Below, in pieces: positions 11,933-22,086 of a stretch of 64,000 nt of DNA. Source of the DNA: Synechococcaceae cyanobacterium ELA739 (GTDB taxonomy: Bacteria > Cyanobacteriota > Cyanobacteriia > PCC-6307 > Cyanobiaceae); contig JBAXXM010000006.1 of the NCBI GenBank assembly GCA_037127935.1, positions 86,579-150,578 of the forward strand, read 5' to 3'. Both the position numbers and the translations under genes were made by a program. Below the pieces are notes generated by a model that was not told the DNA's origin, made no database searches, and saw only the letters and a list, made by a program, of their open reading frames with translations. Each line of letters opens with the position of its first letter. The first letter of the stretch is position 1.

Positions 11933-12119
11933 GCTGGTCTCGATCCAATCACTGGTGTCGATCCCATCAAGTGTTGGCGCTTGGACCGTAGCGGCCATCA
12001 GCCTTGTTGTCCTCAGCTCCGATGCCGTCGCGTCGATGCCGGTGAGGGAATGCCCGCGGTGATGCAATGGCGCCGAGCATCAGCGTCGATGATGGGGTCC
12101 CGTTGAGCAACGCCCGCTG

Positions 12120-13391
12120 ATGCCTGGCCCTCCCGCGCTGAAGGCGGCCCTGGCCCGCCTGCTGCCGATCGTGGTGGTGGCTCTGGCGGTCGCTCTGGCC
12201 TGCTTGCCCCTCAACCTGCTGGATCGGGCCCAGGATCAGTTGCTGCAACTGTTGCCCCGCTTTTCCGGCGGCGGCTGGCAACCGATCACGCGGGCGATGG
12301 CCTGCTCCCCGGTGCTGGTCATGCCCGTGCTGCTCTGGCTTCAGTCCGGGATCTGGTCGCAGGCGGCCGGTTCCGGCATCCCCCAGACCATGGTGGCCAT
12401 GGAGCATCCCCAGCGGGCCGCCGCTCTGCTGGCCCCCAGGGCCACCGTGCAGCGCCTGATGCTCTGGTCGATCGCCACCCTCGCCCTGCTGCCCCTGGGC
12501 CGGGAGGGGCCGGTGGTGCATGTCGGAGCTTCGGTGGCCTACCGCCTACAACAACGCTTCCCGCGCTGGTTTCAGTCCCTGGGCCGCACCGATCTGATCG
12601 CCCTGGCGGGCGGCGCCGGCCTGGCGGCGGGCTTCAACACGCCCTTGGTGGGCCTGGTGTTCGTGGCCGAGGAGCTCACCAGCCGCTTTGACGCCCGCCT
12701 GATCTGGCCGGCTCTGCTGGCCTGCGTCACCGCCGCCGGCTTCAGCAACCTGGGCGGCCAGCCGGAGTTTGCCCTGGGTCTGTTGCAGGACGGCAGCGTC
12801 GAATCCTGGCAGCTGCTCTGGGCCCTCCCCCTGGGCCTGGGCGCCGGCCTGCTGGGCGCCGGGTTCGGCCGCATGCTGCTGGAGACCACGAAGCGCCTCA
12901 CCCCGATGGTCCGCCGCTATCCCCTGCGCCTGGGGTTGCTGCTGGGCCTGCTGCTGGCGGCTCTGACCCAGCTCACGGGCGGCGGCGCCAATGGCGATGG
13001 CGAAGTGCTGATGGCCTGGATGATCGGCCATCCCGATGCCGATCTGCCCACCGCCGGCCTGCTCCTGGCCCGGATGATCGGCCCCTGCCTGGCCCTGGGG
13101 GCGGGTGTGCCGGGGGGATTGATTGATCCGGCCTTTGCCATCGGCGCCGTGCTGGGGCAGGGCGTCAGCCATCTGCCGGGGCTGGGGCTGATGGGTCTCG
13201 CCCTGGGCATGGCGGCGGCCCTGGCCGGAGCCACCCAGTTGCCCGTGTTGAGCGTGGTGTTTGCCCTGCGCCTGGCCGGCGACCAGCAACTGCTACCCGG
13301 CGTCGTGCTGGCGGCGGTGATCGGCGCCTACTGCAGCCGCCTGCTGATGAAGAAGCCGGCGTATCACGCCCTGGCGGCAGGGCTGGAGTGA
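12120..13391 (+). CDS. ClC chloride channel/antiporter family protein
   Basis: GSGIP, GREGP, GLAAGFNTP, GVPGGL motifs. Confidence 0.92.
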   Translation: MPGPPALKAALARLLPIVVVALAVALACLPLNLLDRAQDQLLQLLPRFSGGGWQPITRAMACSPVLVMPVLLWLQSGIWSQAAGSGIPQTMVAMEHPQRAAALLAPRATVQRLMLWSIATLALLPLGREGPVVHVGASVAYRLQQRFPRWFQSLGRTDLIALAGGAGLAAGFNTPLVGLVFVAEELTSRFDARLIWPALLACVTAAGFSNLGGQPEFALGLLQDGSVESWQLLWALPLGLGAGLLGAGFGRMLLETTKRLTPMVRRYPLRLGLLLGLLLAALTQLTGGGANGDGEVLMAWMIGHPDADLPTAGLLLARMIGPCLALGAGVPGGLIDPAFAIGAVLGQGVSHLPGLGLMGLALGMAAALAGATQLPVLSVVFALRLAGDQQLLPGVVLAAVIGAYCSRLLMKKPAYHALAAGLE

Positions 13392-13550
13392 GGGGGCCGG
13401 CCCCGGGCCCCGTCCGGGCCGGGCACCGGCTTCGCGGTTGTGTTTGCCCCTGCCCACAACCTCCCCTGCGGCCGACCAACAGGTGAGACCCGGATTAGGT
13501 TGAGCCGACCTTTTCTCAAAATCCCAGTGACCGCACCGGCCTCCCCCACC

Positions 13551-14054
13551 ATGCGTTGGATTGCCGCCGGCCTGCTTGCCGCTGGTGCGGGCCTCTCCCT
13601 GGCGCTGCCGTTCGTGTCGGCCACCCTGTTGACGATCCTGCTGGGCAGCGCCGCCGTGGTGGCCGGCATCTCCCAGTTGCTGCGGCTCAGCGGTGCGGCC
13701 GACACCCGCGGCAAGATCTTCCGGGCCCTGTCTGGCGCGCTCTACGTGGTGGGCGGCCTGTGGTGTATCGCCTTCCCGATCGAGAGCACCATCAGTCTCA
13801 CCCTGTTCCTGGGCTTCCTGCTGGTGGCTGAAGGGGTGATGGAGCTGGCCTCGGCCGCCTCCGGCCCGATTCCCGCCCGGGGCCTGGTGCTACTCGACGG
13901 CATCGTCACCGTGGTGCTCGGCGGCATGCTGGTGGTCGAATGGCCCAGCGACAGCATCTGGGCGATCGGCACCCTGTTCGCCATCGGCCTGGGCTTCTCG
14001 GCGGTCAACGTCCTTAGCGCACCTGCCCCCACTGCCCCTTCCGGGGCCAACTGA
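13551..14054 (+). CDS. HdeD/DUF308-family membrane protein
   Basis: About six TM helices; C-terminal WPSDSIWAIGTLFAIGL. Confidence 0.8.
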   Translation: MRWIAAGLLAAGAGLSLALPFVSATLLTILLGSAAVVAGISQLLRLSGAADTRGKIFRALSGALYVVGGLWCIAFPIESTISLTLFLGFLLVAEGVMELASAASGPIPARGLVLLDGIVTVVLGGMLVVEWPSDSIWAIGTLFAIGLGFSAVNVLSAPAPTAPSGAN

Positions 14055-14084
14055 ACAGGGTCCTTTCCTGCGGCGCCCAGCGGC

Positions 14085-17000
14085 TCAATCGGCTGGGCCA
14101 TAGCCACCGCCACCGGGGGTCTCTATTCTGAGCAGATCGCCCGCCGCCATCGCCAACTGGAGCGAACAGCCCAGCTCTTCGCGGCTGCCATCGGCCCGGT
14201 CGACGCTGTTGCGGCCCGCCTGGGCGGGACATCCACCGGCCAGGCCGAAGGGAGCCACCCGGCGGCAGCCGGAGATGATCGCCGCCGTCATCGGCTCCAG
14301 GAAGCGCAGCCAGCGCACCACGCCATCACCGCCACTCCAGCGGCCGGCGCCGCCACTGCCGCGGCGGATCGCGAAGCGCTCCAGCCGCACCGGGTAGCGA
14401 TCCTCCAGGATCTCGGGGTCGGTGAGCCGGGAGTTGGTCATGTGGCTCTGCACGGCACTGGCGCCGGCAAAACCGGAGCCATCGGCCAGCACGCCGGCGC
14501 CGGTGCCGCCGCAGATCGTCTCGTAGTACTGGCAGCGGTCGTTGCCGAAGCTGAGGTTGTTCATCGTGCCCTGGGCGGCGGCCATCACCCCCAGGGCGCC
14601 GAACAGGGCATTGACCACGGCCTGGGAGGTCTCGACGTTGCCCGCCACCACCGCCGCCGGTGGATCGGGTCGGAGCAGGCTGGCCGGCGGCACCACCAGG
14701 TCGATCGGTTCGAAACAGCCGGCATTGAGGGGAATCGCCCGGCCCACCAGGCAGCGGAACACGTACAGCACGGCCGCCTTGGTGATCGCCAATGGGGCAT
14801 TGGCATTGCCGCTCTGCTGGGGGGAGGTGCCGCTGAAGTCCACCAGCGCCCGGCGGTGCCGGTGGTCGATCCGCACCGCCACCTGGATCCGGCCGCCATC
14901 GTCCAGGTCGACGTGCCAGGCGCCGTTGCTCAGCCGATCGATCACGCCGCGGACCGCCTCAGCGGCGTTGGTCTGGACATGGCCCATGTAGGCCCTCACC
15001 TCCGCCACGCCCTGGCGGGCCATCAGCCGCTGCAGCTCCGCCACCCCCAGCTGGTTGGCGGCCACCTGGGCCTGCAGATCGGCGATCAGCCTGTCGGGGT
15101 TTCGCACCGGATGGCGACCCTGCTGGAGGCGTTGCCGCCAGGACGTCGCATCGAACCACCCGGCACTGATTAGCGGCACCTGGTCGAGCAGCAGACCCTC
15201 CTCGCCGATGTTCCGGCTGAAGGGGGGCATCGATCCCGGGGTGATGCCGCCCACATCGGCGTGATGGCCGCGGCAGGCCACATAGAACAGCGGTTCGGCC
15301 GCACGGTCCTGGCTGCCGGCGGCGAACACCGGCGTGATCACGGTGATGTCGGGCAGGTGGGTGCCGCCGTTGTAGGGGTTGTTGGCGGCCACGGCATCGC
15401 CGGGCCCCAGGGGTGGCAGCTCCTCTCGCTCGACGGCGGCCATCAGGGCCACCACGCTCTCGCCCATGGAGCCCAGATGGACCGGAATGTGGGGCGCATT
15501 GGCCACCAGTTGGCCGCGGCTGTCGAAGAGGGCGCAAGAGAAATCCAGGCGCTCACGGATGTTCACCGAACGGCTGCTCTGCTGCAGCCGTACCCCCATC
15601 TGCTCGGCGATGGCACTGAAGCGATGGTTGTAGAGCTCCAGCGTCACCGGATCGGCGCCGAGCGGTCCAGGTTCGTCTGTGCGCAGCTTTGGTTCGGCCA
15701 CCGCTGGCTGCGGCTTCAGGGGGTTGGCTGGCGGTGGCTCCAGGTTGCGGGTGGTTGCCTCCGGCCCGTGACCTGAGGGCCGGCGGTTGGCGACCGCTGG
15801 GCTGGGCTGGGCCCCCGATGCGGCGATGCGCTCCAGCAGTAGCTCGCCGCGGGCCAGCACCCGGGCGCTCCAGCCGGGCTCCAGCACCGTGGCGCCCGTG
15901 CCCTCCAGCACCAGGGCCGGCCCCTCCAGCTGCTGATCCGGCCTGAGCTGCTGCCGTTGCCACAGCGGCACCGGCTGCCAGACCATGTCCCCATCCTGTG
16001 GCAGGCACAGGCGCGTGGTCCGGTTGCCGGTGGTCGACGCCTGGGCCCGTGACGTCTGGGCTGGTGCGGCCTGGCCCATGCCCGGCGCCGAGCTCGCCCG
16101 GGGCTGCGCTGGCTCCTGTTCGTCCCCAGGCATCGGCTCACCAGGCTCGGCGATCAGCTCCACCTCGATCCGCTCCAGCACCAACGGCTCCCCCGCCACC
16201 ACGTAGCCGAAGCGGCGGCGATGCAGGGCCTCAAACTCCTGGCGCAGCGGCGCCAACCAGGACATTTCGTCCACGGCCGTTGCATGGCGCTCGCTTGCCT
16301 GCAGCTCGTTCACCGGGCCGGACTCCAGGCCGTTGCCCATCCCGTCCTGCAACAGGGATTCCGGTAGGCCCAGCTCCAGGCCGCCATCGCTGGCCGGATA
16401 GCGCAGCTCCACCCGCACCAGTTGCCGCACCGCGGTGCCCGGGCCCAGGTCGCCGGCTTCGGCCAGGGACTTGCGGGCTTCGGCGCTGAGGTCGGCGATG
16501 CAGGTCAGCAGATCGCTGCGGCAAACCGTCTCCAGGGGCTGGCGCAGGCAGCGCTCGAGCCGTTGGCTCTGGCGCGCCAGGCCGATCCCCCAGGCGGAGA
16601 GCACACCGGCCAGGGGATGGATCAGCACCCGCTCGATGCCCAGGCTGCTGGCCAGGGCACAGCCGTGCTGGCCGCCGGCGCCGCCGAAGCAGACCAGCAC
16701 AGCGCCGCGGATGTCATGGCCCCGTTGAATCGAGATGCGCCGGATCGCCTCCGCCATCCGCTCATTGGCGATCGTCAGTGCGCCCTGGGCCAGCCGTTCC
16801 AGGGCCAGGGGCTCCGCCGCGCTGCGGTCCTGGCCCAGGGCCGCCGCCAGCTCGCCGAACCGCTGGCGCACCACCGCCGGATCGGCCCCCTGGTCGCCCC
16901 CGGGGCCGAAAACGGCGGGCAGCGCCCTCGCCGGCAGGCGCCCCAGCAGCAGGTTGGCATCGGTCACCGTCAGGGGGCCGCCGCGCCGATAGCAGGCCGG

Positions 17001-18233
17001 GCCGGGGTCAGCCCCGGCGGAGTGGGGCCCCACCTGCAGCCGCTGAGCATCGGCCCGCAAGATCGAGCCCCCGCCTGCGGCCACCGTGTGGATCGGCAGC
17101 ATGGCCGCCTGCACCTGCAGCCCGGCGATCTCGGTCGTCGCCATTCGCTCCCAGGCGTCTTCGCCGCGGGATCCATCGAAATGGAACACATCGGTGGAGG
17201 TGCCGCCCATGTCGAAACCGACGATCGGCCGATCCCCCAGGCCCGCTGCCTGGGCCGCGGCCACCGCTCCCACCATGCCGCCGGCCGGGCCGGAGAGGAT
17301 CGTGTCCTTGGCCTGCAGCTGGGCGGGCGCCTGCAGAGCGCCGCTGGAGGTCATCACCCGCAGGCGCGTGGCTGGCCCCAGGGCGGCGCCCACCTGGGCC
17401 AGATAGCGCCGCAGGGTGGGCCGCACCGCCGCTTCGACGATCGTGGTGTTCAGGCGCGGCACCAGGCGGGGCTGGCGACTGAGCTGATGGGACAGCAGCA
17501 CCGAGTCGAAACCGAGCTGCTCCAGCCAGTCGCCGAGGGCCAGCTCGTGGGCCGGATGGCGGTAGCTGTGCAACAGGGCCACGGCGACGTGGTGGTAGCC
17601 GTCCGCCTCGGCCTGGCGCAGCAGGCTTTCCAGGGGGGGCCCCGTCTCCAGGGGCACCAGTTCGCTTCCATCGGCGGCCAGCCGGGCCTCCACCTCGATC
17701 ACCCGCAGCGGCGGCAGCTCGGGGCGCTCGATCCGCAGGGCGAAGATCTCCGGGCGATGTTGATCGCCGATGGCGGGCAGATCGGCGAAACCGCGGTTGA
17801 TCAGCAGCAGCACCGGCTCCAGCTGGCGCTCCAGCAGGGCGTTGGTGGCCACGGTGGTACCCAGGCGCACCTCCTCCACCAGACCCGGCCGCAAGGGCTG
17901 ATCGGCGGCCAGCCCCAGCACCCCCCGCACGGCCCGGATCGCCGGATCGTCATCGCGTTCGGGCTGCACCGACAGCACCTTGCGCACCACCAGCTCGCCG
18001 TCTGGCGAGCGACCCACCAGGTCGGTGAAGGTGCCGCCCCGATCGATCCAGAAGCGCCAGCCCGCCGCCACCGGGAACCGAGGTGCGCTCCCGCAAGCTT
18101 CAGCCTCTGCCACGGTTGGTTCCCCTGCCTCAGCCCCTGACGCGGGCCTTGCCAGGGGCCGTTCGATCGGCCCGGAGTCCTTCTTCGGCGCAGCGGCTTG
18201 CCCTCCCCCTGGTCCCTCCCGGGTGAACGCCAT
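14085..18233 (-). CDS. Fused 5-oxoprolinase / hydantoinase A+B family protein
   Basis: FWIDRGGTFTD, DMGGTSTD, RERLDFSCA, NAPHIPVHLGSM, ETPGGGGYG; start uncertain (18233-18359). Confidence 0.92.
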   Translation of the reverse strand: MAFTREGPGGGQAAAPKKDSGPIERPLARPASGAEAGEPTVAEAEACGSAPRFPVAAGWRFWIDRGGTFTDLVGRSPDGELVVRKVLSVQPERDDDPAIRAVRGVLGLAADQPLRPGLVEEVRLGTTVATNALLERQLEPVLLLINRGFADLPAIGDQHRPEIFALRIERPELPPLRVIEVEARLAADGSELVPLETGPPLESLLRQAEADGYHHVAVALLHSYRHPAHELALGDWLEQLGFDSVLLSHQLSRQPRLVPRLNTTIVEAAVRPTLRRYLAQVGAALGPATRLRVMTSSGALQAPAQLQAKDTILSGPAGGMVGAVAAAQAAGLGDRPIVGFDMGGTSTDVFHFDGSRGEDAWERMATTEIAGLQVQAAMLPIHTVAAGGGSILRADAQRLQVGPHSAGADPGPACYRRGGPLTVTDANLLLGRLPARALPAVFGPGGDQGADPAVVRQRFGELAAALGQDRSAAEPLALERLAQGALTIANERMAEAIRRISIQRGHDIRGAVLVCFGGAGGQHGCALASSLGIERVLIHPLAGVLSAWGIGLARQSQRLERCLRQPLETVCRSDLLTCIADLSAEARKSLAEAGDLGPGTAVRQLVRVELRYPASDGGLELGLPESLLQDGMGNGLESGPVNELQASERHATAVDEMSWLAPLRQEFEALHRRRFGYVVAGEPLVLERIEVELIAEPGEPMPGDEQEPAQPRASSAPGMGQAAPAQTSRAQASTTGNRTTRLCLPQDGDMVWQPVPLWQRQQLRPDQQLEGPALVLEGTGATVLEPGWSARVLARGELLLERIAASGAQPSPAVANRRPSGHGPEATTRNLEPPPANPLKPQPAVAEPKLRTDEPGPLGADPVTLELYNHRFSAIAEQMGVRLQQSSRSVNIRERLDFSCALFDSRGQLVANAPHIPVHLGSMGESVVALMAAVEREELPPLGPGDAVAANNPYNGGTHLPDITVITPVFAAGSQDRAAEPLFYVACRGHHADVGGITPGSMPPFSRNIGEEGLLLDQVPLISAGWFDATSWRQRLQQGRHPVRNPDRLIADLQAQVAANQLGVAELQRLMARQGVAEVRAYMGHVQTNAAEAVRGVIDRLSNGAWHVDLDDGGRIQVAVRIDHRHRRALVDFSGTSPQQSGNANAPLAITKAAVLYVFRCLVGRAIPLNAGCFEPIDLVVPPASLLRPDPPAAVVAGNVETSQAVVNALFGALGVMAAAQGTMNNLSFGNDRCQYYETICGGTGAGVLADGSGFAGASAVQSHMTNSRLTDPEILEDRYPVRLERFAIRRGSGGAGRWSGGDGVVRWLRFLEPMTAAIISGCRRVAPFGLAGGCPAQAGRNSVDRADGSREELGCSLQLAMAAGDLLRIETPGGGGYGPAD

Positions 18234-18364
18234 CGCGCTGTCCCTGATTAGGTCGCTGGCCGCGCCCGGACCTGGCTCCGCTCCGCCGGTCAGCCTCCCG
18301 TCCTGCGCCATGCCCATCCCCAACGACTTCCAGTCCAGGCCCAGCCCCCCAACTTCCAAGGGAA

Positions 18365-18856
18365 TCAGCGGTAGTTCTCGAACTGCAGTGGCACCTCCAG
18401 GTCCTCGCCCTTGAGCAGCTGGATCACCTGCTGCAGATCGTCCTTGCTCTTGCCGGTGACCCGCAGGGTGTCGCCCTGGATGGCCACGGTCACCTTCTTG
18501 AGCTCGTCGCGCACTTTCTTGGAGAGCTTCTTGGCCAGCTCCTGGCTCAGTCCCTTGCGCAGTTTCACCACCTGTTGCAGCCGGTTGCCGCCCACCGGTT
18601 CGGCGGTCTGGAAGTCGAGGATCTTGAGCGACAGGTTGCGTTTGGTCAGCTTCTGGCGCAGCACATCGGCCACCGCCTCCAGGGTCATGTCGCTGGCGGT
18701 GGTGATCGTCAGGCTGGCCTCCTCCAGATCAATCTCCGTCTTCGAGTCCTTGAGGTCGTAGCGCTGACCCACCTCCCGGCGCACCTGATCCAGGGCGTTG
18801 ACCAGCTCCTGGCGATCAAAGTCAGACACGACGTCAAAGCTGTAGGTCTCAGCCAT
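18365..18856 (-). CDS. yajQ: YajQ family nucleotide/c-di-GMP-binding protein
   Basis: SFDVVSDFDRQELVNALDQ ... QFENYR. Confidence 0.95.
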   Translation of the reverse strand: MAETYSFDVVSDFDRQELVNALDQVRREVGQRYDLKDSKTEIDLEEASLTITTASDMTLEAVADVLRQKLTKRNLSLKILDFQTAEPVGGNRLQQVVKLRKGLSQELAKKLSKKVRDELKKVTVAIQGDTLRVTGKSKDDLQQVIQLLKGEDLEVPLQFENYR

Positions 18857-18921
18857 GGGGTGGGCTCCTGGGGCGGCGCCCGGCCAGCCTAGAAAAGAGG
18901 CCTCCGGATTTCGCCGTCGCC

Positions 18922-19413
18922 ATGCTGTTGTCGCTGCCGCCCCTGGCCCTGCTGGCCGCCCTGTCCCTGCCGGTGGCCTCGCCGGTGGCCATGGGGGCCG
19001 CCTACGGCTGGTCGCTGGTGCTCTCGGGTGCGGTGGTGGTGGCCAGCCTGATTCCCCTGGGGGCCGCCCGCTCCCAGGCGGACTTCACCCCGGCGGACCT
19101 GGCCGCACCCCGGGCGATGTTTGAGCGCCTGCCGGCCTGGGGCAAGCGGGCCAACTGGGCCCACCAGAACTGCTTCGAGGCCTTCAGCCTCCATGCTCCC
19201 GCCTGCCTGTTGGCCCTGGTGGCGGCCCAGGGCGGTTCGGCCCCGGCGGCCCTGGCCCTGGCGGCCGCCTGGCTGCATCCGCTCTTGCGCCTGGGCTACA
19301 TCGGCGCCTACGTGGCCAACCTGCCGCCGTTGCGCAGCCTCTGCTGGGCGGGGGGCATCCTCTGCACGGCGATTCTCTACAGCGAAGGTCTGCGCGGCGT
19401 GCTGGCGGGTTGA
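18922..19413 (+). CDS. MAPEG family protein
   Basis: RANWAHQNCFEAF; LRLGYIGAYVAN. Confidence 0.88.
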   Translation: MLLSLPPLALLAALSLPVASPVAMGAAYGWSLVLSGAVVVASLIPLGAARSQADFTPADLAAPRAMFERLPAWGKRANWAHQNCFEAFSLHAPACLLALVAAQGGSAPAALALAAAWLHPLLRLGYIGAYVANLPPLRSLCWAGGILCTAILYSEGLRGVLAG

Positions 19414-19646
19414 TCGGGGTCCGCAGGTCCCCTCGCTGAACAGCCCCCCTGGGGTGTGTTAGTCAGCCACCGAGTCTGCCGAGCCTGCCGGGGGCGTCCC
19501 GAGTCCGCACTCCGGATCGGGCCATTCCCAGATCGCTCGGACCTGGGGCGGTCCGATTGGTGTCTGGATCCTGTCCGAGTCCAGTTCAGAGGCTGACACC
19601 GCCGCGTTGTCTGCATACAACAGGCCCGTGCCTCCTATCAGGATCC

Positions 19647-19847
19647 ATGTCCTCCAACGAGCTCCAGCAGTTCCTCGCCCGGGTCTTCCAGGATCCGGAA
19701 CTTGAATCCCGACTGCAGGCCCAGGGTGCTGACCCGGAAGCCATTGCCGCTGAGGCCGGTTTCTCGATAAGCGCCCAGGACTACGTCAATTCCCAGGCCG
19801 GTTGGCAGGACTGGCAACGCTCCAGCACCTTCGACGAGGACATCTGA
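19647..19847 (+). CDS. Nif11-like leader peptide family small protein (66 aa)
   Basis: MSSNELQQFLARVFQDPELESRLQAQGADPEAIAAEAGFSIS matches the ProcA/Nif11 leader pattern. Confidence 0.8.
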   Translation: MSSNELQQFLARVFQDPELESRLQAQGADPEAIAAEAGFSISAQDYVNSQAGWQDWQRSSTFDEDI

Positions 19848-19871
19848 ACAGCCGGGGGCGATCGGAGCCCT

Positions 19872-19906
19872 GAGGGCAGCAATTCCACGCCTGGGTTGCT
19901 GCCCTC
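19872..19906. terminator. Hairpin between convergent genes
   Basis: 11-bp stem GAGGGCAGCAA / TTGCTGCCCTC. Confidence 0.6.
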
Positions 19907-19945
19907 CCCCTTTGCTTCAGCTTCCGTTCTGCTCGAGGGCTGGGC

Positions 19946-20854
19946 TTAACCCTTCTCCTGCAAGCCCTTGAGCGCCGCCAGCAGCGAGGCCGGGCTCTGG
20001 GGATCCACCATCAGCACGCTGCCTCCCTGCGAGCGGGCCATCTCCTGCCCCATGGCCATCCAGTCCTTGGCCAGCAGCAGCCGCAGTCCCTCGGCCGCGG
20101 CCGGCTCGGCGCTGATCACCCGGGCCAGTTCGGCGGCGGCTTCGGCCCGCGCCTTGGCCAGCACCGTCTGCTGGCGAGCCTGGGCATCGGCCTCCAGCAG
20201 CAGGGCCTCCTGCTTGGCTTTGGCATCGAGCACCAGGGCCTCGGCCCGGCCCCGGGCGGCGTTCACCTGGGATTCCCGCTCCCCCTCCGAGCGCAGAATC
20301 GCTGCCCGCTTCTCCCGTTCGGCGGTCATCTGCTGCTCCATCGCCTGCTGCACCCCGATCGAGGGCTTGATGTCGCGCATCTCGACCCGGGTCACCTTCA
20401 CACCCCAGGGATCGGTGGCCTGATCGAGTTCGCGCAGCAGCACCTCGTTCACCTCCTGGCGGGTGGTGAAGGTCTGGTCGAGATCGAGCTTGCCCATTTC
20501 GGCGCGGATCTGGGTCAGCACCAGGTTCACCATCGCCGATTGCAGGTTGTCGAGGGCGTAGTAGGCGCGGGCGTGTTCCAGCAGCTGCCAGTAGACGACC
20601 GCATCCACCTCGATCGAGACGTTGTCCTTGGTGATGCACTGCTGCGGCGGGATGTCGAGCACCCGCTCCTTCAGCGATTCGTGGCTCACCACCCGCTCCA
20701 CCCCCGGCAGCACCAGCGAGAGGCCGGGCTTGAGCTGGCGGTTGTATTTGCCGAGGCGCTCCACCAGCATCGAGCGGCTGCTGCTGGTGACCTTGACGCT
20801 GCTGACGCCAACGGCCACCAGTGCGGCCAGGACCGGCACGATCAGAAACTCCAT
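19946..20854 (-). CDS. SPFH/band-7 (stomatin-like) protein
   Basis: VERLGKYNRQLKPGL, ITKDNVSIEVDAVVY, WGVKVTRVEM, EQQMTAEREKRA. Confidence 0.95.
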   Translation of the reverse strand: MEFLIVPVLAALVAVGVSSVKVTSSSRSMLVERLGKYNRQLKPGLSLVLPGVERVVSHESLKERVLDIPPQQCITKDNVSIEVDAVVYWQLLEHARAYYALDNLQSAMVNLVLTQIRAEMGKLDLDQTFTTRQEVNEVLLRELDQATDPWGVKVTRVEMRDIKPSIGVQQAMEQQMTAEREKRAAILRSEGERESQVNAARGRAEALVLDAKAKQEALLLEADAQARQQTVLAKARAEAAAELARVISAEPAAAEGLRLLLAKDWMAMGQEMARSQGGSVLMVDPQSPASLLAALKGLQEKG

Positions 20855-20919
20855 CAGCTTTTCCCCGGTGTCTGCAACTTAGACAGGATGGACACTCCGG
20901 TCAGGCGCGGCCCCCAGTG

Positions 20920-21405
20920 ATGTTCACACCCCCCCTGATCTGGCTGATTGTCGGTGCCGTGCTGCTGCTGCTGGCGCTCACCGGCTTTGATTCGGACGGC
21001 CTGTTGCTGATCGCCGGCCTCAGTGGTCTGGTGCTCACCCTGGCCAGTGTGCTGCTGGCGTTCCCGGTGGCGTTGCAGGTGGTGCTGTTTGTGGCCCTGG
21101 TGGGCCTGGGCTACGGCTGGCTGCGGCGCTGGGATCGCCGCCAGCGGGACCGTGCGTTGCATGCCAGCCCCCGGGCCGAGTGGGCCGAAGTGATTGAGGC
21201 CTTCACCGCCACGGGTGCCGGCCGGGTGCGCTGGCAGGGCCAGAGCTGGGCGGCGGTGAACCTGGAGCCCGGCCAGGCCCTGGCGGTGGGCGCTGCGGTG
21301 CGGGTGATGGGCCGGGACGGCACCAGCCTGCAGGTGTTGCCTTCGGCGTCCCTTGCTTCGCCGCCCCTGTCCTCCCAGCCGCAGGATTCCGAGCCGCTTC
21401 TGTAG
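20920..21405 (+). CDS. NfeD-family protein
   Basis: N-terminal TM helices; GRVRWQGQSWAA OB-fold motif; adjacent to SPFH gene. Confidence 0.85.
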   Translation: MFTPPLIWLIVGAVLLLLALTGFDSDGLLLIAGLSGLVLTLASVLLAFPVALQVVLFVALVGLGYGWLRRWDRRQRDRALHASPRAEWAEVIEAFTATGAGRVRWQGQSWAAVNLEPGQALAVGAAVRVMGRDGTSLQVLPSASLASPPLSSQPQDSEPLL

Positions 21406-21518
21406 ACGCCACTGTTGTCCCGGCCTAGCTTTCCCAGGTGGCCCGGTGGACGGAGCGGCGGCCGGGGCGAGGGGATGTCGGCGACCGGCCAGCAGCTGGT
21501 GCGGCCCCGAGCTGGGCC

Positions 21519-22031
21519 TCAGTCGAAGAACATCAGGCTGACCACCTTGCCCATGTCCTCGGCGGTGCGGCAGCTGCTGAGCAGGGTTTCGCTGTCGTGG
21601 AAGGCGTAGCAGATCAGCTGGTCACAGCGGCTGATGATCTCCTGGTTGCAGAGGCTGCTGGCCATCGGCAGGGGCAGTTCGTCGTGCTCGGGCTTCTCCA
21701 CCAGATGCAGCACCTGCTCTAGTTGGTCGCGCGATTCCAGGGGTTGGCGCTCCATGCTCTGGGGCAGCAGCACGGTGAGCCGTCCCGGATCCACATCCAG
21801 AACGCTGCGGATCACCGCCGAGTTCACCCCCTGGGCGCCGGAGGTGATCAGGTTGTGCCCCTCCTGGGCCAGGGAGCGGGCCACCAGTTCCACCAGGTGG
21901 ATCGAGACCACTGGCACGTGGCGACTGCCCAGGATGGCAATGCGACGCTTGCCCCGGTCCTGGAGCATGGCCAGTTCCTGGGCCAGGGTGTCGATCCGGT
22001 CGAGAGCCGGAAGATCTAGGGACCGGGTCAC
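21519..22031 (-). CDS. Conserved cyanobacterial DprA/Smf-like Rossmann-fold protein
   Basis: RIAILGSR, LITSGAQGVN, IISRCDQLICYAFHDS; GTG start at 22031 assumed. Confidence 0.75.
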   Translation of the reverse strand: MTRSLDLPALDRIDTLAQELAMLQDRGKRRIAILGSRHVPVVSIHLVELVARSLAQEGHNLITSGAQGVNSAVIRSVLDVDPGRLTVLLPQSMERQPLESRDQLEQVLHLVEKPEHDELPLPMASSLCNQEIISRCDQLICYAFHDSETLLSSCRTAEDMGKVVSLMFFD

Positions 22032-22086
22032 CCGTTGCCGACCTGAATTGTCCTCGAACCTAGCAGCGTTGCCGGGATCTGGGCAC

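Noticed and set aside
19400-19950. Lanthipeptide gene cluster around the Nif11 peptide
   Set aside because: No modifying enzyme or transporter in the window and no Cys in the peptide
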